A stretch of 64,000 bases of DNA from Thiocapsa sp. UBA6158 (lineage in GTDB: Bacteria; Pseudomonadota; Gammaproteobacteria; Chromatiales; Chromatiaceae), in contig NZ_DIUM01000070.1 in assembly GCF_002423035.1 (NCBI RefSeq), positions 48,056-112,055 on the forward strand, written 5' to 3'. Each line of letters begins with the position of its first letter. Position 1 is the first letter of the stretch. A program made the position numbers and the translations under genes. The notes under the pieces were generated by a model. The model was given only the letters and a program-made list of their open reading frames with translations. It did no database searches and was not told where the DNA came from. Of this stretch, positions 1-9,715 are shown piece by piece.

Positions 1-254
1 ATGACATGATCCCCTGGCTTCAGGCCCTTCACGCCCGGCCCGCACTCCACCACCTCGCATCCGCCCTCGTGACCGAGCACGCAGGGGAAGGCACCTTCCG
101 GATCTTGTCCGGACAGCGTAAAGGCATCCGTATGGCAGACGCCCGAGGCGATGACCTTGAGCAGGACCTCGCCCTCCTTCGGACCCTCGACATCGATCTC
201 TTCGATGGACAGGGGCTTTGCGGGCTCCCAGGCGACGGCGGCTCTTGCTTTCAT
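1..254 (-). CDS. adhC: S-(hydroxymethyl)glutathione dehydrogenase / class III alcohol dehydrogenase, N-terminal fragment (gene continues past the window start)
   Basis: Reverse translation from ATG at 254 gives [65 protein letters not shown].... This is nearly colinear with the E. coli FrmA/AdhC N-terminus, including the GVCHTD and GHEG zinc-ligand motifs. It is absent from the ORF track because it is open at the window edge. Confidence 0.85.
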   Translation of the reverse strand, partial: MKARAAVAWEPAKPLSIEEIDVEGPKEGEVLLKVIASGVCHTDAFTLSGQDPEGAFPCVLGHEGGCEVVECGPGVKGLKPGDHV

Positions 255-356
255 GGTTCTCTCCGGTGGTGATCGGCGCAAGGTGGCGCCGCGGGCGCGA
301 CGCACAATCGTTTGTTCCCAAAGAAGACCGATCGCGATGAACGACCGAATTTCGCA

Positions 357-1061
357 TCAGGCCGCGCCGATCCGACCCGCACGGAACCTGTGCTCCGCGG
401 GAGACGCGGTCCGAATCTCCTGCCAGGCCGGGTGCAGCTCGATCAGTGACAGCGCCCGTTCAAGCAGCGTCTTACCCGGTTCCATCTTGAACCAGGTCGA
501 GGCGCCCGAGGGATGCGGGAGCGGGATGAGGTCGGCCTCCAAACCGCTCGGGGAGCGATAGGGCCACTGGGCTCCGACGACATCATTCAGACGCTTGGAC
601 GCCATGAACTGGACGATGGCGAGCTTGCCGACCGGGATGATCAAGCGGGGCCGTGCCAGCTCGACCTCCGTTCGCCACCAGCCGCTGCATCGCTCGACCT
701 CCGCGGCGTCGGGAACCCGGTCGCCGCCTTTCGGGGCCTTGCCGGGAAAGCAGCGGCAGACGGCACTCATGAGGGCGCGACTGCGAAAGGTCGGCTCGTC
801 GATCCCGATGGACTCGAACCAACGAAAGAGCGTCTTGCCGGCGGTCCAGCAAAACGGAATGCCCTGCAGGATCTCGCGCGTGCCCGGGGCCTGACCGACC
901 ATCATGACCGGCGAGATGACCGCCTGACCGTGCACGGGCGGCCCCTGCATCCCGGAGCAGCGCCGACAGCCGACGAGATCGCGATACAGGTGCGCGAGCG
1001 CGTCGACGCCTTGCGTTCCCTGCCACGCCGTCATGGCCTCGCCGTCATGACCACCCGTCAT
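357..1061 (-). CDS. uracil-DNA glycosylase superfamily protein
   Basis: 234-aa ORF with the VGQAPG, FPGKAP and HPSGAS motifs typical of UDG-fold enzymes. Its start overlaps the stop of the upstream DinB-like gene by 4 nt. Confidence 0.8.
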   Translation of the reverse strand: MTGGHDGEAMTAWQGTQGVDALAHLYRDLVGCRRCSGMQGPPVHGQAVISPVMMVGQAPGTREILQGIPFCWTAGKTLFRWFESIGIDEPTFRSRALMSAVCRCFPGKAPKGGDRVPDAAEVERCSGWWRTEVELARPRLIIPVGKLAIVQFMASKRLNDVVGAQWPYRSPSGLEADLIPLPHPSGASTWFKMEPGKTLLERALSLIELHPAWQEIRTASPAEHRFRAGRIGAA

Positions 1062-1639
1062 GGTTGGAGACGCCGCAGGATCTTTTCGATCTGAGCGCGA
1101 TGCGTCCGATTATGGATCGCCGCCACGGCGTGCCATTGACGGGCATTGAGCGGACCGAACCAAGGATGCGGGTGCCGTTCGCGCGAGCGCAGCGTGCCCA
1201 GTCGCTGGACCACATCCGTATAGCGCTCGACCGCGGCTCCCAACGCGGTGATCCGGTCCGGTCCGGCGTCATCGTGCGGCCGGACGTCCTCCAGACCGAT
1301 CTCGGCGCCGTGATTGTGATCGGTGCAGATCGCGTGGATCAGGACCATGACGGCGGTGTTGACCATGACGAGATGGTCGAGCGTCATGTAGACGGACCAA
1401 TCGCGGCTGCTCTCCTCGATCCCCGGAAAGCGCGCGATCCGCACTCGAGCCCTCCCCTGCTCGTCCGAGAGACCTTGCGCGAGCGTTTTGGCCTGCAGAG
1501 CATCGCGTCGGAACGCCCGCAGGATCGCTGCCGGGGACACGAACGAGGCGTAGAGACGCAGCCCGAGATCCGCAGCGCGGCGCTCGTGCCAGGGGATCCC
1601 GGCAGGAGCGGCATCCAGATCGTCCCGCGCCTCGGTCAT
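1058..1639 (-). CDS. DinB-family (four-helix bundle) protein
   Basis: Internal ATG at 1639 (MTEARDDL...) overlaps the glnS stop as ATGA. The His-rich DinB-like pattern is present (LDHLVMVN...HAICTDHNH...NRTHRAQIE). The 290-aa track ORF upstream of this ATG is Arg-rich noise overlapping glnS. Confidence 0.7.
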   Translation of the reverse strand: MTEARDDLDAAPAGIPWHERRAADLGLRLYASFVSPAAILRAFRRDALQAKTLAQGLSDEQGRARVRIARFPGIEESSRDWSVYMTLDHLVMVNTAVMVLIHAICTDHNHGAEIGLEDVRPHDDAGPDRITALGAAVERYTDVVQRLGTLRSRERHPHPWFGPLNARQWHAVAAIHNRTHRAQIEKILRRLQP

Positions 1640-3309
1640 GGCTGGCTCTTGCCCCAGGTGTCGCGGAGCCCGACGGTGAGATTGAAAACCGGGCGCTGGG
1701 GCGTCGAATCGGCATCGACGACGAAGTAACCCTCGCGCTCGAACTGAAAACGTGCGCCCGCTTCGGCACCCTGCAAGGCCGGCTCGAGGACGGCATCGGT
1801 GAGGATTTGTAGTGAATCGGGATTGATGTCGGAACGAAAATCGGCCCCGCCTGCGCCCGGCACCGGGACGCGGAACAGCCGATCGTAGAGCCTGATCTGC
1901 GCCCGCACGCCATGATCGGCCGACACCCAATGGACAACGCCCTTGACCTTGCGGCCTTGGGGATCGCGGCCGAGGGTGTCCAGATCGGCGCTGACCCGAA
2001 GCTCGACGATCCCGCCGTCGGCATCCTTCACAACCTCCTCGCAGCGGATCACGTAGGCATTGCGCAGACGCACCTCGCCGCCCGGGACCAGGCGCTTGAA
2101 GCCTTTGGGCGGGATCTCCTCGAAGTCGGCCCGATCGATATAGATTTCGCGTCCGAACGGTACGGCACGCAGACCCAGTGCCTCGTCCTTGGGATGATTG
2201 CGCGCCTCGATCGACTCCGTTCGGTCCTCCGGATAGTTTGTGATGACGACCTTCAGTGGACGCAGCACGGCCATCCGACGCGGCGCGGTCGCATCCAGGT
2301 CTTCACGGATGGTGCTCTCGAGCAGGGCCATCTCGACCAGGTTGTCCGACTTGGTGATCCCGACCCGCTCGCAGAAGTCGCGGATCGCACCCGGCGTGTA
2401 GCCACGGCGGCGCAGGCCGGCCACTGTCGGCATGCGCGGATCGTCCCAGCCGTGGACATGGTGCTCGCCGACCAGCTCGGTCAGGCGCCGCTTGCTCATC
2501 ACCGTATATTCGAGGTTCAGCCGGCTGAACTCGATCTGACGCGGCTTGCAGGGCACCGAGACGTTGTCCACGCACCAGTCGTAAAGCGGGCGATGGTCCT
2601 CGAACTCGAGCGTGCAGAGCGAGTGCGTGATGCCTTCGAGCGCATCGGAGATGGGATGGGTGTAGTCGTAGGTCGGATAGAGACACCAGGCGGAGCCGGT
2701 CTGATGATGGACGACACCGTGCTTGATGCGATAGAGCACCGGGTCTCGCAGGTTGATGTTCGGCGAGGCCATGTCGATGCGCGCGCGCAGGGTGCGGGCG
2801 CCGTCCGGGAACTCGCCGGCGCGCATCCGTTTGAAGAGGTCGAGATTCTCCTCGACCGTGCGATCGCGATAGGGGCTGTCCCGGCCCGGCTCGGTCAGGG
2901 TCCCGCGGTAGCTGCGGGTCTCCTCGGCGTTCAGGTCGCAGACGTAGGCCAGTCCCTTCTCGATCAGCTCGATGGCGAACGCGTAGAGCTGCTCGAAATA
3001 GTCGGATGCGAAATAGACCCGATCGCCCCAGTCGAATCCGAGCCAACGCACGTCGGCCTTGATGGAGTCGACGAACTCGACGTTCTCCTTGTGCGGATTG
3101 GTGTCGTCGAAGCGCAGATTGCAGGTGCCCCCGAACGCCCGCGCAAGACCGAAGTTCAGGACGATCGACTTGGCGTGCCCGATATGCAGATAACCGTTCG
3201 GCTCCGGCGGGAAGCGCGTGACGATGCGCGCGTGCTTGCCGGCAGCCAGATCGGCCTCGATGATCTGGCGGATAAAATTGGTGCGTGGCGTCTCGACGGT
3301 GTCGCTCAT
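1636..3309 (-). CDS. glnS: glutamine--tRNA ligase
   Basis: 557 aa from [18 protein letters not shown]. Class I HIGH motif (YLHIGHAKS) and VMSKR (KMSKS-type) motif are present. Length and sequence are colinear with E. coli GlnRS. Confidence 0.95.
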   Translation of the reverse strand: MSDTVETPRTNFIRQIIEADLAAGKHARIVTRFPPEPNGYLHIGHAKSIVLNFGLARAFGGTCNLRFDDTNPHKENVEFVDSIKADVRWLGFDWGDRVYFASDYFEQLYAFAIELIEKGLAYVCDLNAEETRSYRGTLTEPGRDSPYRDRTVEENLDLFKRMRAGEFPDGARTLRARIDMASPNINLRDPVLYRIKHGVVHHQTGSAWCLYPTYDYTHPISDALEGITHSLCTLEFEDHRPLYDWCVDNVSVPCKPRQIEFSRLNLEYTVMSKRRLTELVGEHHVHGWDDPRMPTVAGLRRRGYTPGAIRDFCERVGITKSDNLVEMALLESTIREDLDATAPRRMAVLRPLKVVITNYPEDRTESIEARNHPKDEALGLRAVPFGREIYIDRADFEEIPPKGFKRLVPGGEVRLRNAYVIRCEEVVKDADGGIVELRVSADLDTLGRDPQGRKVKGVVHWVSADHGVRAQIRLYDRLFRVPVPGAGGADFRSDINPDSLQILTDAVLEPALQGAEAGARFQFEREGYFVVDADSTPQRPVFNLTVGLRDTWGKSQP

Positions 3310-3520
3310 GATGCTCTTGCTGCGATTGGCGGGTGGGCCGTGCGCTCCCCGAAGCGGCCCCAAGCCCCGCATTCTAGCGCTTGCCGCCCGGATTGAAAGG
3401 GTCGCGGGCGGCTCGGGATCGCGTCCGAGGCCATCGCGTGAACGACCCGCTCGCCGCGGCAAGTTGCGCTATCCTGAATTGCCGTCCGTCCAGGACAGAC
3501 TCAACCCGGTCGAGGTCCTT

Positions 3521-3844
3521 ATGCTGGTCACATTTCGAACCAAGGCGTACGCCAACATCACCATGTTCGGGGACGTCGCCGTCGCGCTCCTCAAACTGAT
3601 GGGGCAAAGCGGCACGGTCCCGGGCGCACTCATGCCGGAGGACATCCCGGCGGCCTTGGCGAGATTGAAGGCCGCGGTGGAGGAGCACGCACAGGAGCCT
3701 CTGGACCCGGCGCCGAACAGCGCTCAACCTGCACCGCAGGACGGCAAAGAAGGTCAACACGTGAGCCTCGCACACCGGGCGCTGCCTTTGATCGAGCTGC
3801 TGACCGCTGCAGCGGCCGACGGCGAATTTGTGATGTGGGATTGA
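3521..3844 (+). CDS. DUF1840 domain-containing protein
   Basis: 107 aa starting MLVTFRTKAYANITMFGDVAVALLKLMGQSG, the characteristic N-terminus of the DUF1840 family. The ATG at 3521 lies inside a longer noisy track ORF. Confidence 0.7.
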   Translation: MLVTFRTKAYANITMFGDVAVALLKLMGQSGTVPGALMPEDIPAALARLKAAVEEHAQEPLDPAPNSAQPAPQDGKEGQHVSLAHRALPLIELLTAAAADGEFVMWD

Positions 3845-3995
3845 AGCGCGCCCGACGCAGGTTCTGGTTTCCATGAAAAGGACAGCGTTGAGTGGCGGTC
3901 CGGTTGAAACGATATCAGGTAGGCCGCGTGGCCCAATCGACCCAAGTTGGAGACCACGCGGCGACTCGATCATCCACCGCCGAACGAGACCACCG

Positions 3996-4184
3996 ATGGA
4001 ATACGCTACCTTCAAATCACTCCAGGCCCTCTTGTTCTTCGGCAGCGCTATGGGCTTTTGCCTGTGGCAGCTCGCCGTGATTCGCCGCATCCGGCGCGAG
4101 GACGCCGAGGCGCGCGAGAAGAAGCAGGCCGAGACGTCGGTCGCCGGACCGATGCTTGCCGAGCAATCCGTCGAGAGCCATTGA
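3996..4184 (+). CDS. small hypothetical membrane protein
   Basis: 62 aa, MEYATFKSLQALLFFGSAMGFCLWQLAVIRRIRREDAEAREKK. It has one clear TM helix followed by a basic tail. No family was recognised. Confidence 0.3.
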   Translation: MEYATFKSLQALLFFGSAMGFCLWQLAVIRRIRREDAEAREKKQAETSVAGPMLAEQSVESH

Positions 4185-4260
4185 AAGCCGCCCGGAGGCT
4201 CGTCGAGTGCGAATAGACGGAACCTCGCCCTCGGCCGGACTCGAATGGTGCAGCACCCGA

Positions 4261-4938
4261 TCAGGGGTTCGTTCCGGTCTCCGCCACCTCGACCATGACC
4301 TCGTTTCGCCGCATGAACCAGAGCGAGAAGGGCGAGTTGTAACGCGCATAGACGGGCGCGGCGACGGGCTTCAGGCCGGCCGATTCGACGGCACGCAGGA
4401 GTCCTCTCTCGTTTTCCCGATAGCTCTTTTCGGTCCAGCGTCCGGAATAGCGCCGCACCGCCATCAGCTTGCCGGGCTCTTCACGCAACCGCACCCGCGG
4501 GTCGACCGGCTCGGGCAGGGTGTCCAGCGTAAACCGATCCGGCATGACGAAGCTGACCACGAAGGTCTCGCCCTCGGTCCCGCTCGCCGGGCGCTGTACA
4601 ACGGGCGCGGTCATCTCGATGCGCTCGCCCTCGCCCGCCGCCGGCCGCTGGCTGACCGGCGCCGTCATCTCGATCTTGGTATCCGCGCGATTGTCTCCGA
4701 AGATGTAGCCGGCAAGGATGCGAAACGCCTGATTCCCGGCCTCGTCGAAGGGGCCGGCGACTTCGGTCTCGGCAACCGCATAGGACGGATAACGGCGTAG
4801 CTCGAAATCGGGAAAGGTTCGAACGACCGTGTAGTTGGGTTCCTCGACCGCCATCGCTTCGATCACTCCGAACGCCATGAGAAGGGCGCACACCAGGGTC
4901 GTGGTCGTGCGCAGGGTCTTGAATCTTGATCCGGTCAT
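4261..4938 (-). CDS. SOUL haem-binding family protein (secreted)
   Basis: Signal-like N-terminus (MTGSRFKTLRTTTTLVCALLMAFGVIEAMA). The EEPNYTVV..FELRRY start and the two IEMTAPV repeats are typical of SOUL/HEBP proteins. Confidence 0.8.
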   Translation of the reverse strand: MTGSRFKTLRTTTTLVCALLMAFGVIEAMAVEEPNYTVVRTFPDFELRRYPSYAVAETEVAGPFDEAGNQAFRILAGYIFGDNRADTKIEMTAPVSQRPAAGEGERIEMTAPVVQRPASGTEGETFVVSFVMPDRFTLDTLPEPVDPRVRLREEPGKLMAVRRYSGRWTEKSYRENERGLLRAVESAGLKPVAAPVYARYNSPFSLWFMRRNEVMVEVAETGTNP

Positions 4939-5016
4939 CGCAGGTGCCTCTTGTTCCCGGTATCGGGGGTTGACTGTTGGCACGGCCCGGTCTCGACATC
5001 GCCCGGACCAAGGTGT

Positions 5017-6090
5017 TCACCTTGTTTCTGAATCGTCGCTTTCGGCGGGTCGTTCGGGCAGATCCGGCGGATGGAGCTGGAAAGCCCGCCGGATCAATTC
5101 CGGATCATCGACCCGAATGACGAGCTGAAAGCGACCTCCCGGCCCGACGCGATAAGGGTGTCCGTAGAGGTCGATCAGCGTGCCGGGTGCGGCACAGCCG
5201 TTGATGCGCAGCTCGGCCTCGATCAACAGCTCGGTGCCGCCGGGCGTCGGCTGGCCGTAGCGCATCGGCGCGGTCGGCGATGGGCTCGCGCGCCGCTCGG
5301 CGGGATGAGCGGGCTCGGGGATGGTGTCTTCGCCCCATGGTGCAGAGACGTCCTCGCGTGGCGCCGGGGCTTCCGAATCGGGATCCGGCGACCTGATCGG
5401 CGATTGACCGACGCGATCGGGCTGTATCGGGATCTCGGCGACCAGCGTGACCTCGCGGTCCGGAACACGGCCGAACTCGTGACCGGGACCCAGATCAAGG
5501 CCCGCACGCAGTCGGGCCAAAACGTCGACGGCGCGGATTCCGGGCTGCTCGGCAACGACAGATCGCGTGCCGAGCGGCTCGCGTGCCGTTGAGGACGGCG
5601 TCGCTGCCGCTCCCGACTTCGGAGGATCGGTCCCCGGCGTCGCAGCCGGCGCCGGTGCCTCGATCAGCGCATCGGAGGGTGCCCTGATCCTCTCGACGGT
5701 CGGGAAGCGGACATCGACCCGCGCGCCGTGATCAAGGACGTTGGATCGGGCGAGCATCACCCAACCGCCCGACGCATCGCTCAGACCCAACTCGGCGTCG
5801 TAACGCGCCGGCCGCGCATCGACCGAAAAGACGTGCTCCCCGTGGCCACCCGGGCTGCGCAGCTGCAGGGCGATTTCTTCCACCTGCGTTGTGCCGTCGG
5901 CATGAAGGCGCCGCAGACGCAGCACGGGCGCCGCCTTGGCGCCGCCACGTCCGAAACCGGCTGCCGCGGGGATAAGATCGTCGCCCGAGAGGCGCCAGAA
6001 GGCGCAGAGTCCGCCCTCCCCTGCGCTCGCCAACACGAGATGCGTCCCGCGCTCGCGTAAGGGGAATCGTGGTACCAGCGTCCGTTTCAC
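5017..6090 (-). CDS. DUF4912 domain-containing protein
   Basis: 357 aa. The N-terminal 130 aa (LCAFWRLSGDD...VLRLRRL...ALQLRSPGG..YDAELGL) resembles the DUF4912 module usually found beside GH57 genes. It has a low-complexity Pro/Ala linker. The GTG start overlaps the GH57 stop (GTGA). Confidence 0.6.
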   Translation of the reverse strand: MKRTLVPRFPLRERGTHLVLASAGEGGLCAFWRLSGDDLIPAAAGFGRGGAKAAPVLRLRRLHADGTTQVEEIALQLRSPGGHGEHVFSVDARPARYDAELGLSDASGGWVMLARSNVLDHGARVDVRFPTVERIRAPSDALIEAPAPAATPGTDPPKSGAAATPSSTAREPLGTRSVVAEQPGIRAVDVLARLRAGLDLGPGHEFGRVPDREVTLVAEIPIQPDRVGQSPIRSPDPDSEAPAPREDVSAPWGEDTIPEPAHPAERRASPSPTAPMRYGQPTPGGTELLIEAELRINGCAAPGTLIDLYGHPYRVGPGGRFQLVIRVDDPELIRRAFQLHPPDLPERPAESDDSETR

Positions 6091-7322
6091 TGCGCGAGAC
6101 CGCCTGAACTAAGCCCGTTCGCATCCGCCCGGGACGCCTGCGTGAGCGTGAGCGCGATCTGCGCCTCGTCCAATGCGAGCGACGCGTCATGGGTCCGTGC
6201 GTGCAGATGCGGGATCCAGGAATCGCCCCAAAAGAGAAAACAGCTGGTTTCGGCCTCGAGGATCAAACGACGGGCGCGCGCGAGGTGCTCGCAGCACCGA
6301 GCGGTCGCGTCCGCAGATCCACGCTTGATCTGCCAGTAGCGGGCACTCAACTGCGCAACCTCCGCGACGGCTTCGCGTTGGCGCTCGCTGCCCGCCCACC
6401 GGGAGAGATCCTCCCCGGAGGTGGATCCGACGTTCCATGCGCCGGTCTGGACCTGCGCGTGGGCGGTCGGCGTCACCCGACCGAGATAGTCTGCCAGACG
6501 GACCGGGATGATCGGGCAGGTCCCGTCGCGCACCTGCTCCATATAAGGCGCGAAGAAATGGCCGAAGAATCCGGATGGCTCGTGGGTCTGGCGAAACCAG
6601 CCGCCGTTCTCGCCGTCCGACCAGGTCGTGACCAGTCGTCTCTCGTCCGGCCGCGGCGAGCCTGCGGTCCGCCACAAGACCTCGTCGCGAAACCAACGCG
6701 GATTCAGCCCGCTCTCTTGGGCGTTGGAGACCTCGCGATCGCGCGGGACGACGCTGATGCAGACACCCTCGTGGCAAGCGATATAAGGGCGAAAGATATC
6801 GCTGATGCCGTCCTCGGGGCGCACATGCACGCCGTCGACGACCACGTAGTCGTAGCCGGCCTGCACCAGCGCGGGGATCATGGCCATGGTGAAGGCCATC
6901 TCCGGGGGCCAAAAGCCGCGCGGGGCGCGACCGAAGACCTGCTCCATCCGTGTCCGCCCCAAGGCAAGCTGCTCGGACCAATCGGCATGCGGGATCAGGG
7001 GGAAGATGGGGTGGGAGTAGCCCATGCCGATCAGCTCGATATTATCGGCCTCGCGGTAGCGCGCGAGCATCTCCGGGATATCGACGATGTGACGATACCG
7101 ATCGACGATTTCGGGATCGAGGAGCTGCTCGAGCAAGACACCTGAGAAACCGACATGAAGCCGGGCGACGTCGCGATACTGCAGGGCATAGCACGGCACG
7201 CGCTCGTAGCACCTGATGATCTCCTCGGCCTCCCAAGGATTGGCATCGATCAGGAGGCGCAGGTTTCCGGGCGGCTGGTGCATGTGCAACCCGAGGGCGT
7301 GATGGATGTCGGTCCGAGTCAT
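6087..7322 (-). CDS. glycoside hydrolase family 57 protein
   Basis: 411 aa. N-terminal LGLHMHQPPGN (HxHQP) and the downstream IELIGMGYSHPIFPLIP and WPPEMAF motifs are characteristic of GH57 alpha-glucan enzymes. Confidence 0.85.
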   Translation of the reverse strand: MTRTDIHHALGLHMHQPPGNLRLLIDANPWEAEEIIRCYERVPCYALQYRDVARLHVGFSGVLLEQLLDPEIVDRYRHIVDIPEMLARYREADNIELIGMGYSHPIFPLIPHADWSEQLALGRTRMEQVFGRAPRGFWPPEMAFTMAMIPALVQAGYDYVVVDGVHVRPEDGISDIFRPYIACHEGVCISVVPRDREVSNAQESGLNPRWFRDEVLWRTAGSPRPDERRLVTTWSDGENGGWFRQTHEPSGFFGHFFAPYMEQVRDGTCPIIPVRLADYLGRVTPTAHAQVQTGAWNVGSTSGEDLSRWAGSERQREAVAEVAQLSARYWQIKRGSADATARCCEHLARARRLILEAETSCFLFWGDSWIPHLHARTHDASLALDEAQIALTLTQASRADANGLSSGGLAQ

Positions 7323-7447
7323 GAATCACCACAGTCAGGGGGATGCCTGTATGGATCGTCGGCGGTCGGCCTTCAGCGGGGGATGGGGTTCGTTCGCTCT
7401 ACCCATCCTACGCCCTCGGAGCGTCGGCGCTCTTCTCTTCTTTAGGC

Positions 7448-9538
7448 TCAGCGTCCCTCGAAGATCTGAATACTGCGCGAGCGCACCAGGACGGCGTCTG
7501 TTTCGAGCGCGACCTGATCCTCGGGCAGGATGAGATCGGTCGGGCTGGCCCGTCCGGTGTCGAGCGCGGTGTGCCAACGACACTGCTCGATCGCCGGGAT
7601 CTCGAAGCGCTTCGCCTCGGCATCCATGTTGATGAGGACGCACAGCAAGTCGTCGTCTTGGCGCGCGCGCGCCAAGGTGAAGGCGAGCACCCGCGCGTCC
7701 GGGTCATCCCAGGGCGGATCGCCCGGCGCGGTCCCGTGCCAGACCACATCCGGAAGATCGCTGCTGTTGCGCGGCTGGCCGGACAGGAAGTGACGGCGAC
7801 GCAGACTCGCGTGACGCTTGCGCAAGGCGATCAATCCGCGCACGAAGCGCAGCATATCGCCGTTGCGCTCGACCAACGACCAGTCGAACCACCCCAAGGG
7901 GTTGTCCTGGCACCAAGTGTTGTTGTTGCCCTGTTGGGTGCGCAGCACCTCGTCGCCGGCCAAGAGCATCGGGATACCCTGGCTCATGAACATCAGGGTC
8001 AAGAGGTTCTTGGCCTGACGCCTGCGCAGCGCGAGGATCTCGGGATTCTCGGTCTCGCCCTCCACACCGCAGTTCCAGCTCAGGTTGTTGTCGGTCCCGT
8101 CGCGATTCTCCTCACGGTTGGCGCGGTTGTATTTGCGCTCGTAGGAGACGAGGTCCCATAGGGTGAAGCCATCGTGGCAGGTGACGAAGTTCACGCTGTT
8201 GATGGGCTGGCGCAGGTTGGCCTGATAGAGATCGCTGCTGCCCGCAATCCGGGTGGCGATCTCCGGCACCAGCCCCGGGTCTCCGCGAACGAAACGGCGT
8301 ACGCTGTCGCGAAAGCAGCCGTTCCATTCCATCCAGCGATAGCCGGGAAAGCTGCCGACCTGATACAGGCCCGCAGCGTCCCAGGCCTCGGCGATGATCT
8401 TGGATGCGTTGAGCGTATCGGAGAGCTCGATCGCCCAGAGCACGGGCGGATTGGCCATCGGTCGGCCGTCCGAGTCACGCGCCATGGCGCTGGCGAGATC
8501 GAAACGGAACCCGTCCACATGCATCTCGCGCACCCAATACTCGAGTGCGTCGATGATGAAACGGGACACGACGGGGTGATTGGCGTTGACCGTATTGCCG
8601 CAGCCGGTGAAGTCCAGATAGATACGCTTGTCCAGACTGTCCAGGCAGTAGAAGGTCTCGTTGCCGAGTCCCTTGAAGCTCATGGTCGGACCGCCGGTGC
8701 CGCCTTCGCTGGTGTGGTTGAACACCACATCCAGGATGACGCCGATGCCGGCCTTGTGCAGGGCCTTGACCATGTCGCGGAACTCGCGCCGATGCGTGCC
8801 CTGCTCGGGCGTGACACAGTAACCGGGATGGGGCGAGAAGAAGCCGAAGCTGCTGTAGCCCCAGAAGTTGCGCAGCCCCGCCTCCCAGACGCCCGGCGGA
8901 ACGTCCTGCTCGTCGAAGGCCATGACCGGCATCAGCTCGACATGGGTGATGCCGAGGTCCTGCAGATAAGGAATCTTTTCGATCAGACCGAGGAAGGTCC
9001 CGGGATGATGCACGCCCGAGCTGGCATGCCGGGTAAAGCCGCCGACATGCAGCTCGTAGATGATGGTCTGCTCGGTGGGGCGGCGGATCGGCGTGTCGCC
9101 TTCCCAGTTGTACTCCTCGGCGAGAACCATGGCACGGGGCGAGTCATGGGGCTTCACACCCTTGTTCAGGCGACTCCAGCGATCCCAATGCGAGAGGTTG
9201 ACTGCACGCGCCCAGGGGTCGAGCAGCTCGGTGCCGGCATCGAAACGCCAACCGTGGGCACGGGGCTCGAACGGACCTTCCATACGCCAGGTGTAGTGGG
9301 TTCCCGGCGGCAGATCCACGACCAGAACATGCCAGTAGAAGAAGGTGTGGTTGACCTCCGGATCCAGCCGGATGATCTGGAAGGGCTCCGAGCTGTCCGC
9401 GCTGCGATAAAGCAGCAGCTCGGCCCCGCAGGCATGGCGGCTGAATACGGAGAAGTTGACCCCGTCGTCCTCGACGCTCGCCCCGTTGGGATAGCGACGA
9501 CCGGGAAGGATCTGAAAAGGACCTTGATCGACTGGCAT
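7448..9538 (-). CDS. glgX: glycogen debranching enzyme
   Basis: 696 aa from the ATG at 9538 (MPVDQGPFQILPG). CBM48-like GVNFSVFSRHA and GH13 catalytic motifs (VDGFRFDLAS, AEAWD, FVTCHDGFT) are present. Confidence 0.9.
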   Translation of the reverse strand: MPVDQGPFQILPGRRYPNGASVEDDGVNFSVFSRHACGAELLLYRSADSSEPFQIIRLDPEVNHTFFYWHVLVVDLPPGTHYTWRMEGPFEPRAHGWRFDAGTELLDPWARAVNLSHWDRWSRLNKGVKPHDSPRAMVLAEEYNWEGDTPIRRPTEQTIIYELHVGGFTRHASSGVHHPGTFLGLIEKIPYLQDLGITHVELMPVMAFDEQDVPPGVWEAGLRNFWGYSSFGFFSPHPGYCVTPEQGTHRREFRDMVKALHKAGIGVILDVVFNHTSEGGTGGPTMSFKGLGNETFYCLDSLDKRIYLDFTGCGNTVNANHPVVSRFIIDALEYWVREMHVDGFRFDLASAMARDSDGRPMANPPVLWAIELSDTLNASKIIAEAWDAAGLYQVGSFPGYRWMEWNGCFRDSVRRFVRGDPGLVPEIATRIAGSSDLYQANLRQPINSVNFVTCHDGFTLWDLVSYERKYNRANREENRDGTDNNLSWNCGVEGETENPEILALRRRQAKNLLTLMFMSQGIPMLLAGDEVLRTQQGNNNTWCQDNPLGWFDWSLVERNGDMLRFVRGLIALRKRHASLRRRHFLSGQPRNSSDLPDVVWHGTAPGDPPWDDPDARVLAFTLARARQDDDLLCVLINMDAEAKRFEIPAIEQCRWHTALDTGRASPTDLILPEDQVALETDAVLVRSRSIQIFEGR

Positions 9539-9715
9539 GGCGGTGATGCTTGATGTAGTAATGCCGAGCGAGCTCGGATGCGGTTGGCGCCGTCGGCCGA
9601 CCCGCGAAAGCAAATAGAATAACACGCGCCCCTTTAACCCGGATCCATGATGAGTCCCCGGATGCGCCCTGATTGGACCTCGGGATGGCTCTCGCGATGA
9701 GCAGGACCCATCCGA

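Noticed and set aside
1912-3396. Long antisense ORFs opposite real genes. Examples: 1912-3396(+), 11320-13563(+), 41994-44354(+), 53909-56164(+), 59758-61011(+), 8174-9553(+) and 21152-22435(+).
   Set aside because: These are typical stop-codon-poor shadow frames of a 65% GC genome. Their translations are Arg/Gly/Asp/His-rich with no motifs. The opposite strand in each case encodes a protein with unmistakable family signatures.
4261-4938. Internal tandem repeat (IEMTAPVSQRPAAGEGE / IEMTAPVVQRPASGTEGE) in the SOUL protein as an anomaly.
   Set aside because: Two (I/V)AMTAPV segments are a normal feature of the SOUL/HEBP fold, so this is not a recent duplication.
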